Positions 1 through 9,497 of a stretch of DNA of 20,000 nucleotides are shown here, one piece after another; the stretch's first letter is position 1; every line of letters begins with the position of its first letter. A program made the translations under genes and the position numbers. This stretch comes from an uncultured virus (IMG/VR IMGVR_UViG_3300049491_001058) (lineage: Duplodnaviria > Heunggongvirae > Uroviricota > Caudoviricetes): IMG/VR virus record IMGVR_UViG_3300049491_001058. One strand, 5' to 3'. The notes beneath the pieces are model-generated. The model did no database searches. It was not told where the DNA came from and saw only the letters and a program-made list of their open reading frames with translations.

Positions 1-659
1 GATCGGCAAAATTCTTCATCGCTGGACAAGAAGGCGACGTAGATTTGTTCTGGTCAAAAGCCAGAAGCTTTGGATTGAGCAATGGACTGCCTATTGGAAA
101 CGCTATCTATAAATACCTCGGCGTCGTAGATGAGAACGGAGACGCGGATTTCACCAAAACAGTCATCCTGAATCCTTTGCAGTTTATTGCGGAGAATGTG
201 TTCAACTCTGGAGCCATAATTGTTAAAGTTCAGTCGTCGACAGCTCTATCCCTTGAAAACTTCTTCCGTGGAGTAGGAATACTGGAGAAGATCATTCCGG
301 CCTATCTAGGTTTGATTGTGATCATAGATGTCTCAGTCAACGATGAGGTCTTTTTCCAAAGAGCGGACGGGCAAGGGGCGGAGCCGCTAGAGATGGATCT
401 TGCTTCCACCAGAGATGTTTTCAGAGGCAGCACTGAGTCGTTTCCATCGGATGTTTCTGGCTTATGGACAGAGACGAGTGATGATGGTGAGCCGCTGACA
501 AAGTGCCCAGAGGCGATTTCGATGGACTGGTCACCGGATGCAGGAAAAGAAACCATTTCCTTTGGAAGTAGTTCGGAAAATGCGCTAGCCTATGGGGCAT
601 CAACTAAAGTGTGTGTCGAGTTTATAGAATCAGCCAACATCATAACATGCAAGCAATAG
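1..659 (+). CDS. 5'-truncated structural protein, possibly the C-terminus of a baseplate wedge-type protein
   Basis: Frame is open from base 3 (SAKFFIAGQEGDVDLFWSK...), so TTG at 45 is not the real start. ILEKIIPAY resembles the ...l..kPAH motif that ends phage baseplate wedge proteins. Stop TAG at 657-659. Confidence 0.6.
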   Translation, partial: SAKFFIAGQEGDVDLFWSKARSFGLSNGLPIGNAIYKYLGVVDENGDADFTKTVILNPLQFIAENVFNSGAIIVKVQSSTALSLENFFRGVGILEKIIPAYLGLIVIIDVSVNDEVFFQRADGQGAEPLEMDLASTRDVFRGSTESFPSDVSGLWTETSDDGEPLTKCPEAISMDWSPDAGKETISFGSSSENALAYGASTKVCVEFIESANIITCKQ

Positions 660-1225
660 GAGAAGTCGTTGGTTGCTATACCAATATAAAGACAGGCAAG
701 GAGATTCAGTTCTTCAGGCAGAAGAACCTCATTATGTATGAGGCCGCCGATATCATGGCTGGCCTGCTTTCGGGAGATAGCCGATTCTTCCCCTCCCACA
801 TGTATTTCGTTTACGAGAATACGGATGGGGGAATTACCTCTCCACCAGCCATCACAAGAGCTGACGGCAAGAGTTATTTCTCCTCCATCTCCGGATCAGA
901 CCCCGCTCAAGATTGGCTTCGGGTACCTATCACTACTCGCCCAAGAGTTTCTGTGATCGGAGAGGATTACTCAGGTAACGCGGTGACCTTCGCCGCATCT
1001 AGCGCTTCAAGCGATTCGCTGGCAGGAGAGTCTCCAGAAAAAAACTACTTTTCAGCAAGTGGCGACAACGGCCCTTCGAAAGTTTTTTCTCTTGCCCTCG
1101 TGGCGGCTACGAATCCCAACACAAAAGCGGAAGACAAAATCTTTAGCCGACTCAGCTTGTCGACTCCAATGACAATCCTTGCAGGACATCACCTAACCTT
1201 TTACTGGATAATCAAATTTAACTAA
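647..1225 (+). CDS. Putative baseplate / tail-fibre attachment protein (192 aa)
   Basis: ATG at 647 (MQAIGEV...) overlaps the upstream gene end and is preferred over GTG at 611. KNLIMYEAADIMAGLLSG...SHMYF and the terminal IFSRL...LTFYWIIKF follow the pattern of phage tail-collar/baseplate proteins. TAATG-coupled to the next gene. Confidence 0.6.
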   Translation: MQAIGEVVGCYTNIKTGKEIQFFRQKNLIMYEAADIMAGLLSGDSRFFPSHMYFVYENTDGGITSPPAITRADGKSYFSSISGSDPAQDWLRVPITTRPRVSVIGEDYSGNAVTFAASSASSDSLAGESPEKNYFSASGDNGPSKVFSLALVAATNPNTKAEDKIFSRLSLSTPMTILAGHHLTFYWIIKFN

Positions 1226-3477
1226 TGAGCAACCCATGGAATAGCACAGTCACCCCTGTCGCCGATGGGGAGCTTGTAAATGCCGAAGTTTCTGGACGCC
1301 CGATTTATCAGTTGGCTCGGCAAGCCAGAAACCTGAAGGATCGTGTCGAAGAGTTGTCAACGGGCTCCGGACGGCTTGTTTATGAGAACGCCCCCCTAGG
1401 CGAGGGAGTTATCGTCCTGGATGTGGTCTATTTTGACACCAGCGAAGGGAAATTTCTTCCAGCGCTCGCTGAAGTGGTTTTGGATGCAAACGGCAAAACG
1501 GTTTGCGGTCCAAGATCGCTCGCTGTTGGGGTCGTGATTTCGAAAGAGTCGGCCGTGGTTGGCTCAATACTCCAGCTTGGCAGACTTGATTTTGCTGACG
1601 AGGGGTTTGATCCGGCCGATATGATTGCTGACCCAATCACAGAAGGCTTTACGCCGGGTAAGTTTTACCTTTCACAGAAGGTTCCTGGTAAGATAACTGC
1701 AGCACCAGTTATGCCAGCTATTCAGGTTGGGTTCTTCACGGACACAGAATGCAGTGTCTCTGTTGTCCATAAGGACATCTTCGAGTCTCATCACCACTAT
1801 CGCTACTCGCTCGACGCAAAGCCTTCTGCTAGTCAGAACTATGCCGGCACCGGGTGGACCACTTTCGGCCTCTCTTCCGAAGGAGACATAAAGGCTGTGG
1901 ATTATTATAGCGAAGGGGCGGAGGTGACTCCTCCTCAAATCATTATGTGTATCCGTCACCCTGGCGGGAACCAAATTTTCGAAGACGAGCCTGCGAGATT
2001 TGAAATCTACAACGATGACCTCGGAAATTTGGCTATCGACAGAGTGAGTGGCGGGATTGACATCACTGATCCGGAAAGCGCCGGGACCGAAACCTTGACC
2101 GGCTCCATTGTTTGGCCGGAATATGGTGAGTGGGTGAGCGCGGGCTTCGATTCAGGACTCGAGATCGCCTTTATCAGAGCTGATGCTGATTACACAAACT
2201 CTCTTGCGGATGATGCCGCAACGCTCTTGGACAGCGAGGATAAAAAGTTTCGAGTTTTCCTGCCAAACGATCTGACTGGGTGGACAAACGCAAATACCTT
2301 TGATCTCACTTATTCAAGTGGTGCCATCTACAAGTATCTGATGGCAGAAAACCTGGAACTGTTTTCGGTCTTTCCTCCCTTACCTCTGTCATCAGCAATT
2401 ATCGAGCTCAATGGATCATCCATGGTTCCTGGTATTGATTTTGACGTAACTCTTTCTGGAGTTTTTTGGAGACTCGGGACATTCACTCCTGTCGATTACG
2501 CGCCATGGCCGTCTGACTATAGCGTCGTCTCTCCTTCAGAAATGACGCCGGAAAACGCCAAAAATCTCACGCTCTATTTTATCAAGAGTGGAATGGAAGC
2601 GCTGAACTCTGTGGTCTTTAGTCTGACAGGGATTAGCCCGATCAAAATTACTCGATGCCCATCCGGAGAAGATGCGTCCACTGGTCACCTGCAGATCTCA
2701 ATTGACTTGGGTCTGCTCATGTCGACCGCTACTCCACTGAACTCAGAGACTGCGATCTCGTCTGTCTCTGGGGTAAGTTTCATAAAAAGCCTTTCCGTTT
2801 CAGAGCTTGTGGAGGGCGCTGGCATAAAGATCGACAACATCACTGATGGGGCAACCATTCCTGGCAAAAAGGTTGGCAAGGTTAGAATCTCTTCGAGACC
2901 GTCAAGGTTCGAGGGAGAGGTTTACTCAATTGCATTGAGAAATGCAAAAGAGATGATCTCTTCGTTTGCCACCTATATCGACTTCATCCCGACGGCGGAA
3001 GGTTCATCAGGGATAACGGCTCAGTTTAAGCTTCCAAACCTAGACATCAGTTTAGCTCAAATTAAACTGCGAGTATTGTCAAGAATGAGGGGGAGCGTCG
3101 CTGTAGCTGAAGCTTCGGCTGTCCAGACAGGTATCTTCAAGGTTACTTACCACGCGATGAGGCCATCCTTCAGGATGTCTGAAATGAACGAAGGTAACGC
3201 TATTGCTGTTCAGTATTGGACAGCAAGCTTCCCGGCTGGGTATTTGCCGTCAACAATCTTGTCGGGAGAGATCCCTATCGACTCGAACGACGACACTGCT
3301 TTCGAGATAAACTCGACAACAATAAACACAGACTCCTTGGTCTTTCTGAGCGGCGGCTTTGTTCCTGGTGACCAGATCGTTATGGTCATTGATCGAGTAA
3401 ATGAAGACGGAGACGGCAATATCGCTAGCTATCCAGGCAGAATTGGAATGACAGGACTGAGATGGGAGCTTCGCTAA
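1225..3477 (+). CDS. Large virion structural protein, tail-fibre/baseplate adaptor-like (750 aa)
   Basis: N-terminus DGELVNAEVSGRPIYQLARQARNLKDRVE matches the common fibre-attachment motif. It is followed by DVVY...PALA...AVGVV...FTPGKFYLS..PGKIT, a beta-domain of DUF2190/cement-like pattern. It has a late LVEGAGIKI motif shared with 6842..7540. Confidence 0.65.
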   Translation: MSNPWNSTVTPVADGELVNAEVSGRPIYQLARQARNLKDRVEELSTGSGRLVYENAPLGEGVIVLDVVYFDTSEGKFLPALAEVVLDANGKTVCGPRSLAVGVVISKESAVVGSILQLGRLDFADEGFDPADMIADPITEGFTPGKFYLSQKVPGKITAAPVMPAIQVGFFTDTECSVSVVHKDIFESHHHYRYSLDAKPSASQNYAGTGWTTFGLSSEGDIKAVDYYSEGAEVTPPQIIMCIRHPGGNQIFEDEPARFEIYNDDLGNLAIDRVSGGIDITDPESAGTETLTGSIVWPEYGEWVSAGFDSGLEIAFIRADADYTNSLADDAATLLDSEDKKFRVFLPNDLTGWTNANTFDLTYSSGAIYKYLMAENLELFSVFPPLPLSSAIIELNGSSMVPGIDFDVTLSGVFWRLGTFTPVDYAPWPSDYSVVSPSEMTPENAKNLTLYFIKSGMEALNSVVFSLTGISPIKITRCPSGEDASTGHLQISIDLGLLMSTATPLNSETAISSVSGVSFIKSLSVSELVEGAGIKIDNITDGATIPGKKVGKVRISSRPSRFEGEVYSIALRNAKEMISSFATYIDFIPTAEGSSGITAQFKLPNLDISLAQIKLRVLSRMRGSVAVAEASAVQTGIFKVTYHAMRPSFRMSEMNEGNAIAVQYWTASFPAGYLPSTILSGEIPIDSNDDTAFEINSTTINTDSLVFLSGGFVPGDQIVMVIDRVNEDGDGNIASYPGRIGMTGLRWELR

Positions 3478-3480
3478 AAA

Positions 3481-4389
3481 ATGAATTCTGTTTTCCCTGA
3501 TTGGCTAAATGCGAATTCCGGCAGAGCTTATCCTCTGTCGGAAAGCGGATCTTTGACGGACACGACGGGCGGAATAAAGATCCCCAACTCGCTGATTGTT
3601 GCTGCACAGATAAACATGCTGCCTTCTTATGCTGAGGGAACCTTCTTTATTCGGTCGATCGAGGCTTCCTTAACTCTTGTAGGTATTACGGTTGGATACG
3701 TCACTGGAGCTACCGAAAGAAACGTTGCGACAGTTTCTGTGCCCGTCAGCACTCATTCCGAAAACACAACCTATCCGTTTGTGGGAGCAGGAGACGACTC
3801 GACAGTTCTTGGCTCTATCACAATCGGAAGGCTTGAGGACACAATCGCCTCTGTTCCGGGTGCGATCTTTTTTTCTCCGTTGGCTACAAGTTTTGAAGTA
3901 AGTGCTCTGTTTGTTTCGTCTCCAGCACTTGAGGCGGTGGAGATATATAATGGCAGCTCCTTATTCAAGCGGTTCGAGTCAATCCTAAAGCTCAGGGCTG
4001 GAGAAAATCTTCGAATCAGCTACGTGGATGGAGACGTGAACACCATCAGGATTGATGCGATCTCTGGGGAGAATTTAGTAAAGCCGTCTGATTGTGAAAA
4101 TGCGACACCCTTGCCGGAATGTATTCGGACAATCAATGGCCAGTCGGCTGACGAAGATGGGAACTTTGAGATAGACGGAGGCAAATGTATTGAACTTAAA
4201 ACAGAGCCGGGACTGATTACGCTAAAGGATATGTGTTCGCAGTCGTGCTGCGGATGCACAGAGCTTGAGGCACTTCTGTCTAGCCTTAGTCAAGTTGAGT
4301 CACAGATCCTCCAGCTTAGATCGCAAATAAGCACAACCGTCACTCAGCAAAACCTGATGATCACGAACTTGGTTTCTAACCTTCAGTGA
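3481..4389 (+). CDS. Structural protein, paralogue 1 of 5 (302 aa), with CCGC motif and C-terminal coiled coil
   Basis: WLNANSGRAYPL...IPNSLIV; CIRTINGQSADEDGNFEI; CSQSCCGC followed by a heptad-like LEALLSSLSQVESQILQL. Confidence 0.7.
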   Translation: MNSVFPDWLNANSGRAYPLSESGSLTDTTGGIKIPNSLIVAAQINMLPSYAEGTFFIRSIEASLTLVGITVGYVTGATERNVATVSVPVSTHSENTTYPFVGAGDDSTVLGSITIGRLEDTIASVPGAIFFSPLATSFEVSALFVSSPALEAVEIYNGSSLFKRFESILKLRAGENLRISYVDGDVNTIRIDAISGENLVKPSDCENATPLPECIRTINGQSADEDGNFEIDGGKCIELKTEPGLITLKDMCSQSCCGCTELEALLSSLSQVESQILQLRSQISTTVTQQNLMITNLVSNLQ

Positions 4390-5939
4390 ACACTTTTCAA
4401 CAAGAATGGCAAACAGGAAACTCGACCACCGGTTTTCCCTTTTTGGATAGATCCGCGGAGTCTTCGTTACCAAAAGACTTCATCGTTGATCTGCGTCTAT
4501 TTCTGACCGGCACTCAGGTTGTTCAAGCTTACTTGTCGGGACTCTCCTATGATGACTCTCTCGACAACTATGTATTGCAGTTCTCGGAGCTTGTAGGGCA
4601 TAGTGTTGTTTTATCTGGAACAGTATCCAGACTTAGCGGGTCAGACACAAGAGTTGGATCAAAATCGAGCATATCGAGCGGTCCGAAGGTTTGCCTTTTT
4701 ACCCCAGGGGCCTCGTGGGATAACCCCACATGGGGTGGGGTGGGGTCGTGGTCTCTGAGTTTTCTCCCAACAGAAACAGAGCTGTCATCGGAGGTTGTTA
4801 ATCCTGGACCTTCGACCTTTCGTCGAATATTTATTGATGGTCAGGTCCCCAGCGAAGAGGAGTGGCCAAGAGGTGGCACTCAAAAGATCGTCGCAGGGTA
4901 CAACATCAATTTCGGAAACAGCAAAGGTCGAACAGTTAACTCCGCTTCTGGAGTGGTTGATATAGAAGCCTTCGGCGGTGCCGGAGAAGGGTATCCACCA
5001 GAAGTTAAGGTGGAGGTCAATTATTTAACCTCTATTGGTGGGGTCAAGCCAAGTAAAAACGGCAACGTCACAATTGACGGCTTTGACTGTTTAAGAGTTT
5101 CACAGCCAAAGTCTGATATCGGGCCGATTCCGCACACGCTTCAAATCGTCAGCGACTGCCTGCCTTGTTGCGGGTGCTCTGATTATTTAAACACATCCAG
5201 GGCTATCGGGCGTAGATCAGCAAAACTCAAAGATCTTTGTGATACGCTTCAGGCAATCCTGAGTAGCTCTGCGCTGGCCTACAATATTGGGGTGGAAGAG
5301 ATCAACAAAAGAAGGAAGCCTCTTGTTATTGTAAGAAACGTCAGGGCTCTAGGATCAAGCATCGCCTTTTCTGTGCAAAACATGACCGATATCCCGGTTT
5401 TTGCGTACGTAGCTTTTAGGGTGAGTCGCACTGAATACGCTCTTGGTCCGGCAGAGTCAGACATGTCAAATATCGTAGCCATCGGGTCGAGCCCTTTTGT
5501 CGGAACTCTTTCTGATGCTATTATAGCTCACAAAGAAACATTGATGGATCTTCCTTTTGATATCTCGGAGAGACCGCTTGCCGGGATTCCATCAACCAAT
5601 TTCGAAGATGAGGATGCCTACTTTCTGTTCTGTGTCGGGGAGAAAAAGAACTCTGTTGAGTTTTATCCAATATCCCCAGGAACCCTCGTAGAGTGTCGGA
5701 TTGTTTTCCCAGAGAGGGCTGCGGCAATGGCTCTTGCTACAGGAACAAGCGGATCTGTTGCGGCGGCCCTTCCAGAGGTGTCGTTTTCGTCCATAGCTGT
5801 GTATGGGGCATCAAAGTCGTTTCCGTGTTCAGCAGACAAGCATGAGGTGAAGGTTGTTGAAAACGACGACACCCCAGACGAGTTTGAGGACTGTGACCGT
5901 CCATTTGCGAATGACTTCAAAACGGTTCTTGTTGTATGA
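4386..5939 (+). CDS. Structural protein, paralogue 2 of 5 (517 aa), with CCGC motif, helix and extra C-terminal domain
   Basis: GTGA start/stop overlap. WQTGNSTTGFPF...LPKDFIVD; LTSIGGVKPSKNGNVTI; DCLPCCGC. Confidence 0.7.
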   Translation: MNTFQQEWQTGNSTTGFPFLDRSAESSLPKDFIVDLRLFLTGTQVVQAYLSGLSYDDSLDNYVLQFSELVGHSVVLSGTVSRLSGSDTRVGSKSSISSGPKVCLFTPGASWDNPTWGGVGSWSLSFLPTETELSSEVVNPGPSTFRRIFIDGQVPSEEEWPRGGTQKIVAGYNINFGNSKGRTVNSASGVVDIEAFGGAGEGYPPEVKVEVNYLTSIGGVKPSKNGNVTIDGFDCLRVSQPKSDIGPIPHTLQIVSDCLPCCGCSDYLNTSRAIGRRSAKLKDLCDTLQAILSSSALAYNIGVEEINKRRKPLVIVRNVRALGSSIAFSVQNMTDIPVFAYVAFRVSRTEYALGPAESDMSNIVAIGSSPFVGTLSDAIIAHKETLMDLPFDISERPLAGIPSTNFEDEDAYFLFCVGEKKNSVEFYPISPGTLVECRIVFPERAAAMALATGTSGSVAAALPEVSFSSIAVYGASKSFPCSADKHEVKVVENDDTPDEFEDCDRPFANDFKTVLVV

Positions 5940-6841
5940 GCACCACAAACCATGGATGGCTAACCAGAAATTCTTTGAGAAGCTTCCCGGTCAGAGAGGG
6001 GGCTCAGGTGATTGCGTCAAACTCTGGATGGAAGCTTGATCCATCTTTGATTGTTGATGTCAGTATTTTTTCGGACCTTCCTGGGGACCCTCTTTTCTGT
6101 ATTCAGTCTGTTACAGTAACGAGGGCTATTTGCTCTGTTGTGATAGGCAACGCTGTTGATGGAAGAAGCTTGGGCTTTACTTCATTTACATTGGGCTCGT
6201 CTCTTTTGTCTGCCAAGATTACTCCGTTCGTTGATGGAGTTTCTGGGTTTGTTTGCTGTGGACCGGCAATGTTGGCCGAGAACTACAAGATGATACCAAC
6301 AGGGATACATGATTTTGGGAGTGCCGCGATCTTGGAGTCTCGGTGCGGAATCTCGATCGGAAACTTTCCCATAAAATCAATCAGATCAGCTGGGGGAGCT
6401 CCTCTTTACAGAGATGTGACAATTGAGACCGGATCCTCCTTGTTGATTGATGAGTCCGCAGAAGAGGGGGACGACGGTCTTGTAACCCGACTAACCCTTT
6501 CACTTGAGAAACCGGCCAGCTTTTTGTCCCCGTGCGAAGAGCCTCTATCTATTTGTGATTGCCCATCAGTCCCTATTCAGACGATCAACGGGATCTCCGG
6601 AAACGAAGACGGGATAATTTTTATCGAGATTCAGGATGAAAATGGAAGCATTTACTTGTTGGATCAAAACACCTTGTCTTTTTTGATTACTGGATCAGGA
6701 ATTCAGTTGTGCTCAAGAACTCCAGTGCCTGACGAATACGGAAGACTTCCGGACGCTTCCGGGCTCTATGATAAAGATCTTCCTCCGTCCAGTGACTACC
6801 AAAATCCTCAAGATCTAAACTTTCCCCTCCCTGTGATTTAA
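5936..6841 (+). CDS. Structural protein, paralogue 3 of 5 (301 aa)
   Basis: ATGA overlap. WLTRNSLRSFPV...LDPSLIVD; PCEEPLSICDC...IQTINGISGNEDGIIFI. Confidence 0.7.
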   Translation: MSTTNHGWLTRNSLRSFPVREGAQVIASNSGWKLDPSLIVDVSIFSDLPGDPLFCIQSVTVTRAICSVVIGNAVDGRSLGFTSFTLGSSLLSAKITPFVDGVSGFVCCGPAMLAENYKMIPTGIHDFGSAAILESRCGISIGNFPIKSIRSAGGAPLYRDVTIETGSSLLIDESAEEGDDGLVTRLTLSLEKPASFLSPCEEPLSICDCPSVPIQTINGISGNEDGIIFIEIQDENGSIYLLDQNTLSFLITGSGIQLCSRTPVPDEYGRLPDASGLYDKDLPPSSDYQNPQDLNFPLPVI

Positions 6842-7540
6842 ATGTCGAACATCCTTCAGTGGAGAAGTATCTCTGAGCAATCTTCATTTCCATTTTGGGA
6901 AGGATCCTCTGTGGACCTTAATCGAGCAATCATAGATGCTCGAATAAACCTTCCTCACCAAAGCGGCGGAGCTTATTTGAAATCAGTTTCTCGGGTCGGT
7001 GACTCCGTAAAGATTGAGGTGTATTCAATAGAAGAGGTCAAAATAGGAACCCTGAATATTGACCAAAGCGCCGAGAGCGCGGTCGAACTAGTTAACGATA
7101 CAGGGATCCACACAGGCCTGATTGTATTTAACAAAGAGGAAGCGATGGGCCTCAAGCCAAAGACCTACAGTAAAGAGCAGACAGCGTTTGAAAAGACATG
7201 CTGTGTCTCCTCTCCATTCAGAAGGGTCTCCTCCTTGTTGGCCGGAAAGACAAAAGCTGTGGGTCACGTAGCTCTCGTTGAAGGGGCCGGGATCAGGATC
7301 ATAAAAGTGAATGAAAACTTGATCAGACTGGATGCGATTGGCGTTCCGGCCGTAAAGGCAGCTTGCTGCGCAGAGGTCGGCGACCCAGTTCTTGGAATAA
7401 ATGATGCGATCCCCGATCGCTATGGAGCTATTCGTTTTGGGCTTCAACCATTTACAGAGCCGGACACGTCGTCGGACTTAATCCAACTTCTCCGAATCTC
7501 CACAAAAACGAATGGTCTTAACTTTTATCTATCAAAATGA
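6842..7540 (+). CDS. Structural protein, paralogue 4 of 5 (232 aa)
   Basis: ATG abuts the upstream TAA. WRSISEQSSFPF...AIIDARI; LVEGAGIRI...IRLDA; ACC...VLGINDAIPDRYG. Confidence 0.68.
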   Translation: MSNILQWRSISEQSSFPFWEGSSVDLNRAIIDARINLPHQSGGAYLKSVSRVGDSVKIEVYSIEEVKIGTLNIDQSAESAVELVNDTGIHTGLIVFNKEEAMGLKPKTYSKEQTAFEKTCCVSSPFRRVSSLLAGKTKAVGHVALVEGAGIRIIKVNENLIRLDAIGVPAVKAACCAEVGDPVLGINDAIPDRYGAIRFGLQPFTEPDTSSDLIQLLRISTKTNGLNFYLSK

Positions 7541-8346
7541 CAGACGCTTTTGTAGAATTTTTAACCGAGAACTCCCAGAGGTCTTATCCTTTTGAGGAGA
7601 ACTCTGTGTTGAAGGCGGACGACGACAGCGTTTTGCAGGATGACATTTTACTGGACTTCATCCTTATTCATCGGCTCAAGCATCTAACTGCAAAACTTGT
7701 TGCGATTGTTGGGCCGGAATCCAGTGGGGCGGAGATTTTTCCTCCAGGAGAAACAGGACCGGTGTTCTATTTTCAACTAGGGTCCGGCAGCGACATTGTC
7801 GCAGTTGAATGCTCATCACAAGAGTTCCCGTTCGATGGGTGGGGAAGCATTAGTGACTCCAGATACGAAGACGTCTTTGTTGCAAAAGCCAGGGTGACTT
7901 TTGGTGCCGGTGTGTCCTCGATCCCTTCGGACGTTTTTTGGCAATTTAGTAATTCGGTTATCGAGCCAGGACTGCTGGTGTCGTTATTCAGGAACCAAGT
8001 AGATTCATTAACTATTATCCATGATGAAGGAGATAATGATATTGTCGGCGGAGACGTCTCTTTGATGGGTGGTTACAATTTTGGAGTAACGCAGTCAGGC
8101 CAGACAGTTCGCCTATCTCCCGCTTTGGGAAGCGGTTCGCTAGGGCGCTTTACTGAATCCCTATCAGACGCGGTGAGTTCAAAATGCAATGGATCCCTTC
8201 TTTCTATTAACGGAATTCAGCCAAACGAAAAAGGGGCTTTTGAGATCTCTGGTAGTGGAGGGATAGAGATATTAAACTTCCCAGAGCAACACAAGGTACG
8301 AATAGTAATAAGTCCGGAAACGCTGGGGAGGACAATTTGTGTCTAA
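7537..8346 (+). CDS. Structural protein, paralogue 5 of 5 (269 aa)
   Basis: ATGA overlap. [12 protein letters not shown]...[37 protein letters not shown]. Confidence 0.7.
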   Translation: MTDAFVEFLTENSQRSYPFEENSVLKADDDSVLQDDILLDFILIHRLKHLTAKLVAIVGPESSGAEIFPPGETGPVFYFQLGSGSDIVAVECSSQEFPFDGWGSISDSRYEDVFVAKARVTFGAGVSSIPSDVFWQFSNSVIEPGLLVSLFRNQVDSLTIIHDEGDNDIVGGDVSLMGGYNFGVTQSGQTVRLSPALGSGSLGRFTESLSDAVSSKCNGSLLSINGIQPNEKGAFEISGSGGIEILNFPEQHKVRIVISPETLGRTICV

Positions 8347-8731
8347 GTCTTCATGTGGATTCTACTCCCCAATTATCTCGGCCTGTAGTCCATCAAGCGC
8401 AGAGATTACATCGTTCTGTAGAATACCAAGAAGAGGTCTTCCGGCTATTGTCCCTGGTATTCCTGGAAGGCCGGGGTGCGAGGGCGCTCCAGGCTTAGCT
8501 GGCATAGGCCCGACAGGGCCAATGGGACCCTCAGGGCCGATCGGGCCAACTGGTCCAATAGGACCTACTGGACCTACTGGACCTACTGGACCCACTGGGC
8601 CACAAGGATCAGAGGGTCCAGCGGGACCAACAGGACCCAAGGGAGCGACAGGGCCAAGAGGTGATGCTGGATCAGACAGTTCTGGCACAGAGTGCGAAAC
8701 CTCCTGCGCGAAGTGTTTTTATCTTCAATAG
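8339..8731 (+). CDS. Short collagen-like protein A (130 aa) with Cys-rich caps
   Basis: 5+19 Gly-X-Y triplets separated by a GI imperfection. N-cap CGFYSPII..C...C; C-cap [11 protein letters not shown] start overlaps the upstream gene by 8 nt. Confidence 0.85.
   Translation: MSKSSCGFYSPIISACSPSSAEITSFCRIPRRGLPAIVPGIPGRPGCEGAPGLAGIGPTGPMGPSGPIGPTGPIGPTGPTGPTGPTGPQGSEGPAGPTGPKGATGPRGDAGSDSSGTECETSCAKCFYLQ
8561..8596 (+). repeat. 9-bp tandem repeat (GGACCTACT x3 + GGACCCACT) encoding GPT x4
   Basis: Directly visible; a recent expansion of collagen triplets. Confidence 0.9.
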
Positions 8732-8740
8732 TTCTCAATA

Positions 8741-9118
8741 ATGAACTGCAGCTTTTTTACTCCAATTATTTTAAATGGCGCAGTAGATCCACCGTCACTG
8801 AGTTCTATATGTCTGACCCAACGAAGATTTTTGATTGGGTTTTTAGGAACACCTGGGACACCTGGATGTATAGGGCCTACTGGCCCAGATAATGTGGGGG
8901 TGGTTGGACCAACAGGGCCATCAGGGCCGATTGGCCCAACAGGGCCTACGGGTCCGATTGGTCCTGTTGGTTCGGCTGGATCGGCTGGTGGCGCAGGCCC
9001 TGGAGGCTCTGGAGGAGCGCCGGGATCATCTGGTCCAACAGGGGCTTCCGGCGGACCAGGAGGTGACGGACGACCAAAAGGGTGCGATAATTGCGTTACT
9101 TGTGAATACGCAACATGA
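8741..9118 (+). CDS. Short collagen-like protein B (125 aa) with Cys-rich caps
   Basis: 6+20 Gly-X-Y triplets with an NV interruption. N-cap CSFFTPII...C; C-cap CDNCVTC. Confidence 0.85.
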   Translation: MNCSFFTPIILNGAVDPPSLSSICLTQRRFLIGFLGTPGTPGCIGPTGPDNVGVVGPTGPSGPIGPTGPTGPIGPVGSAGSAGGAGPGGSGGAPGSSGPTGASGGPGGDGRPKGCDNCVTCEYAT

Positions 9119-9495
9119 TCTGTGATTTTTTTACCCCAATTATTCAGTCGCCATGTCTTGCGATCGCACCAGACATTCTGTCATTATGTAAATCTCCAAA
9201 GACAAACTTTGCTTGGATTTTTGCACCGAAAGGAAAAAGCGGAGCGCCAGGATGCATAGGAACATCTGGAGAGGTCGGTTTCGCCGGAGAGACGGGTCCT
9301 GTCGGACCATCAGGCCCAGGAGGTGCTGCTGGCGGCGGCGGAAGCGGAGGTTCGACGGGGTCGCCAGGGGCGGCTGGTCCAGCTGGACCCGTAGGGCCAA
9401 CAGGTCCGACAGGACCAGCTGGGTCTGCAGGGCCAAAAGGAAAAGATGGTTGCGCTTCTGAAATCGGTGTATGTAATCAAGCAATCTTTCGCTAA
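9115..9495 (+). CDS. Short collagen-like protein C (126 aa) with Cys-rich caps
   Basis: 25 uninterrupted Gly-X-Y triplets. N-cap CDFFTPII...C...C; C-cap [13 protein letters not shown] overlap with B. Confidence 0.85.
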   Translation: MICDFFTPIIQSPCLAIAPDILSLCKSPKTNFAWIFAPKGKSGAPGCIGTSGEVGFAGETGPVGPSGPGGAAGGGGSGGSTGSPGAAGPAGPVGPTGPTGPAGSAGPKGKDGCASEIGVCNQAIFR

Positions 9496-9497
9496 TT

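Noticed and set aside
8362..8688. Minus-strand ORF with GPV collagen-like repeats
   Set aside because: Shadow of collagen A: GGN-CCN codons read as Gly-Pro on the reverse strand.
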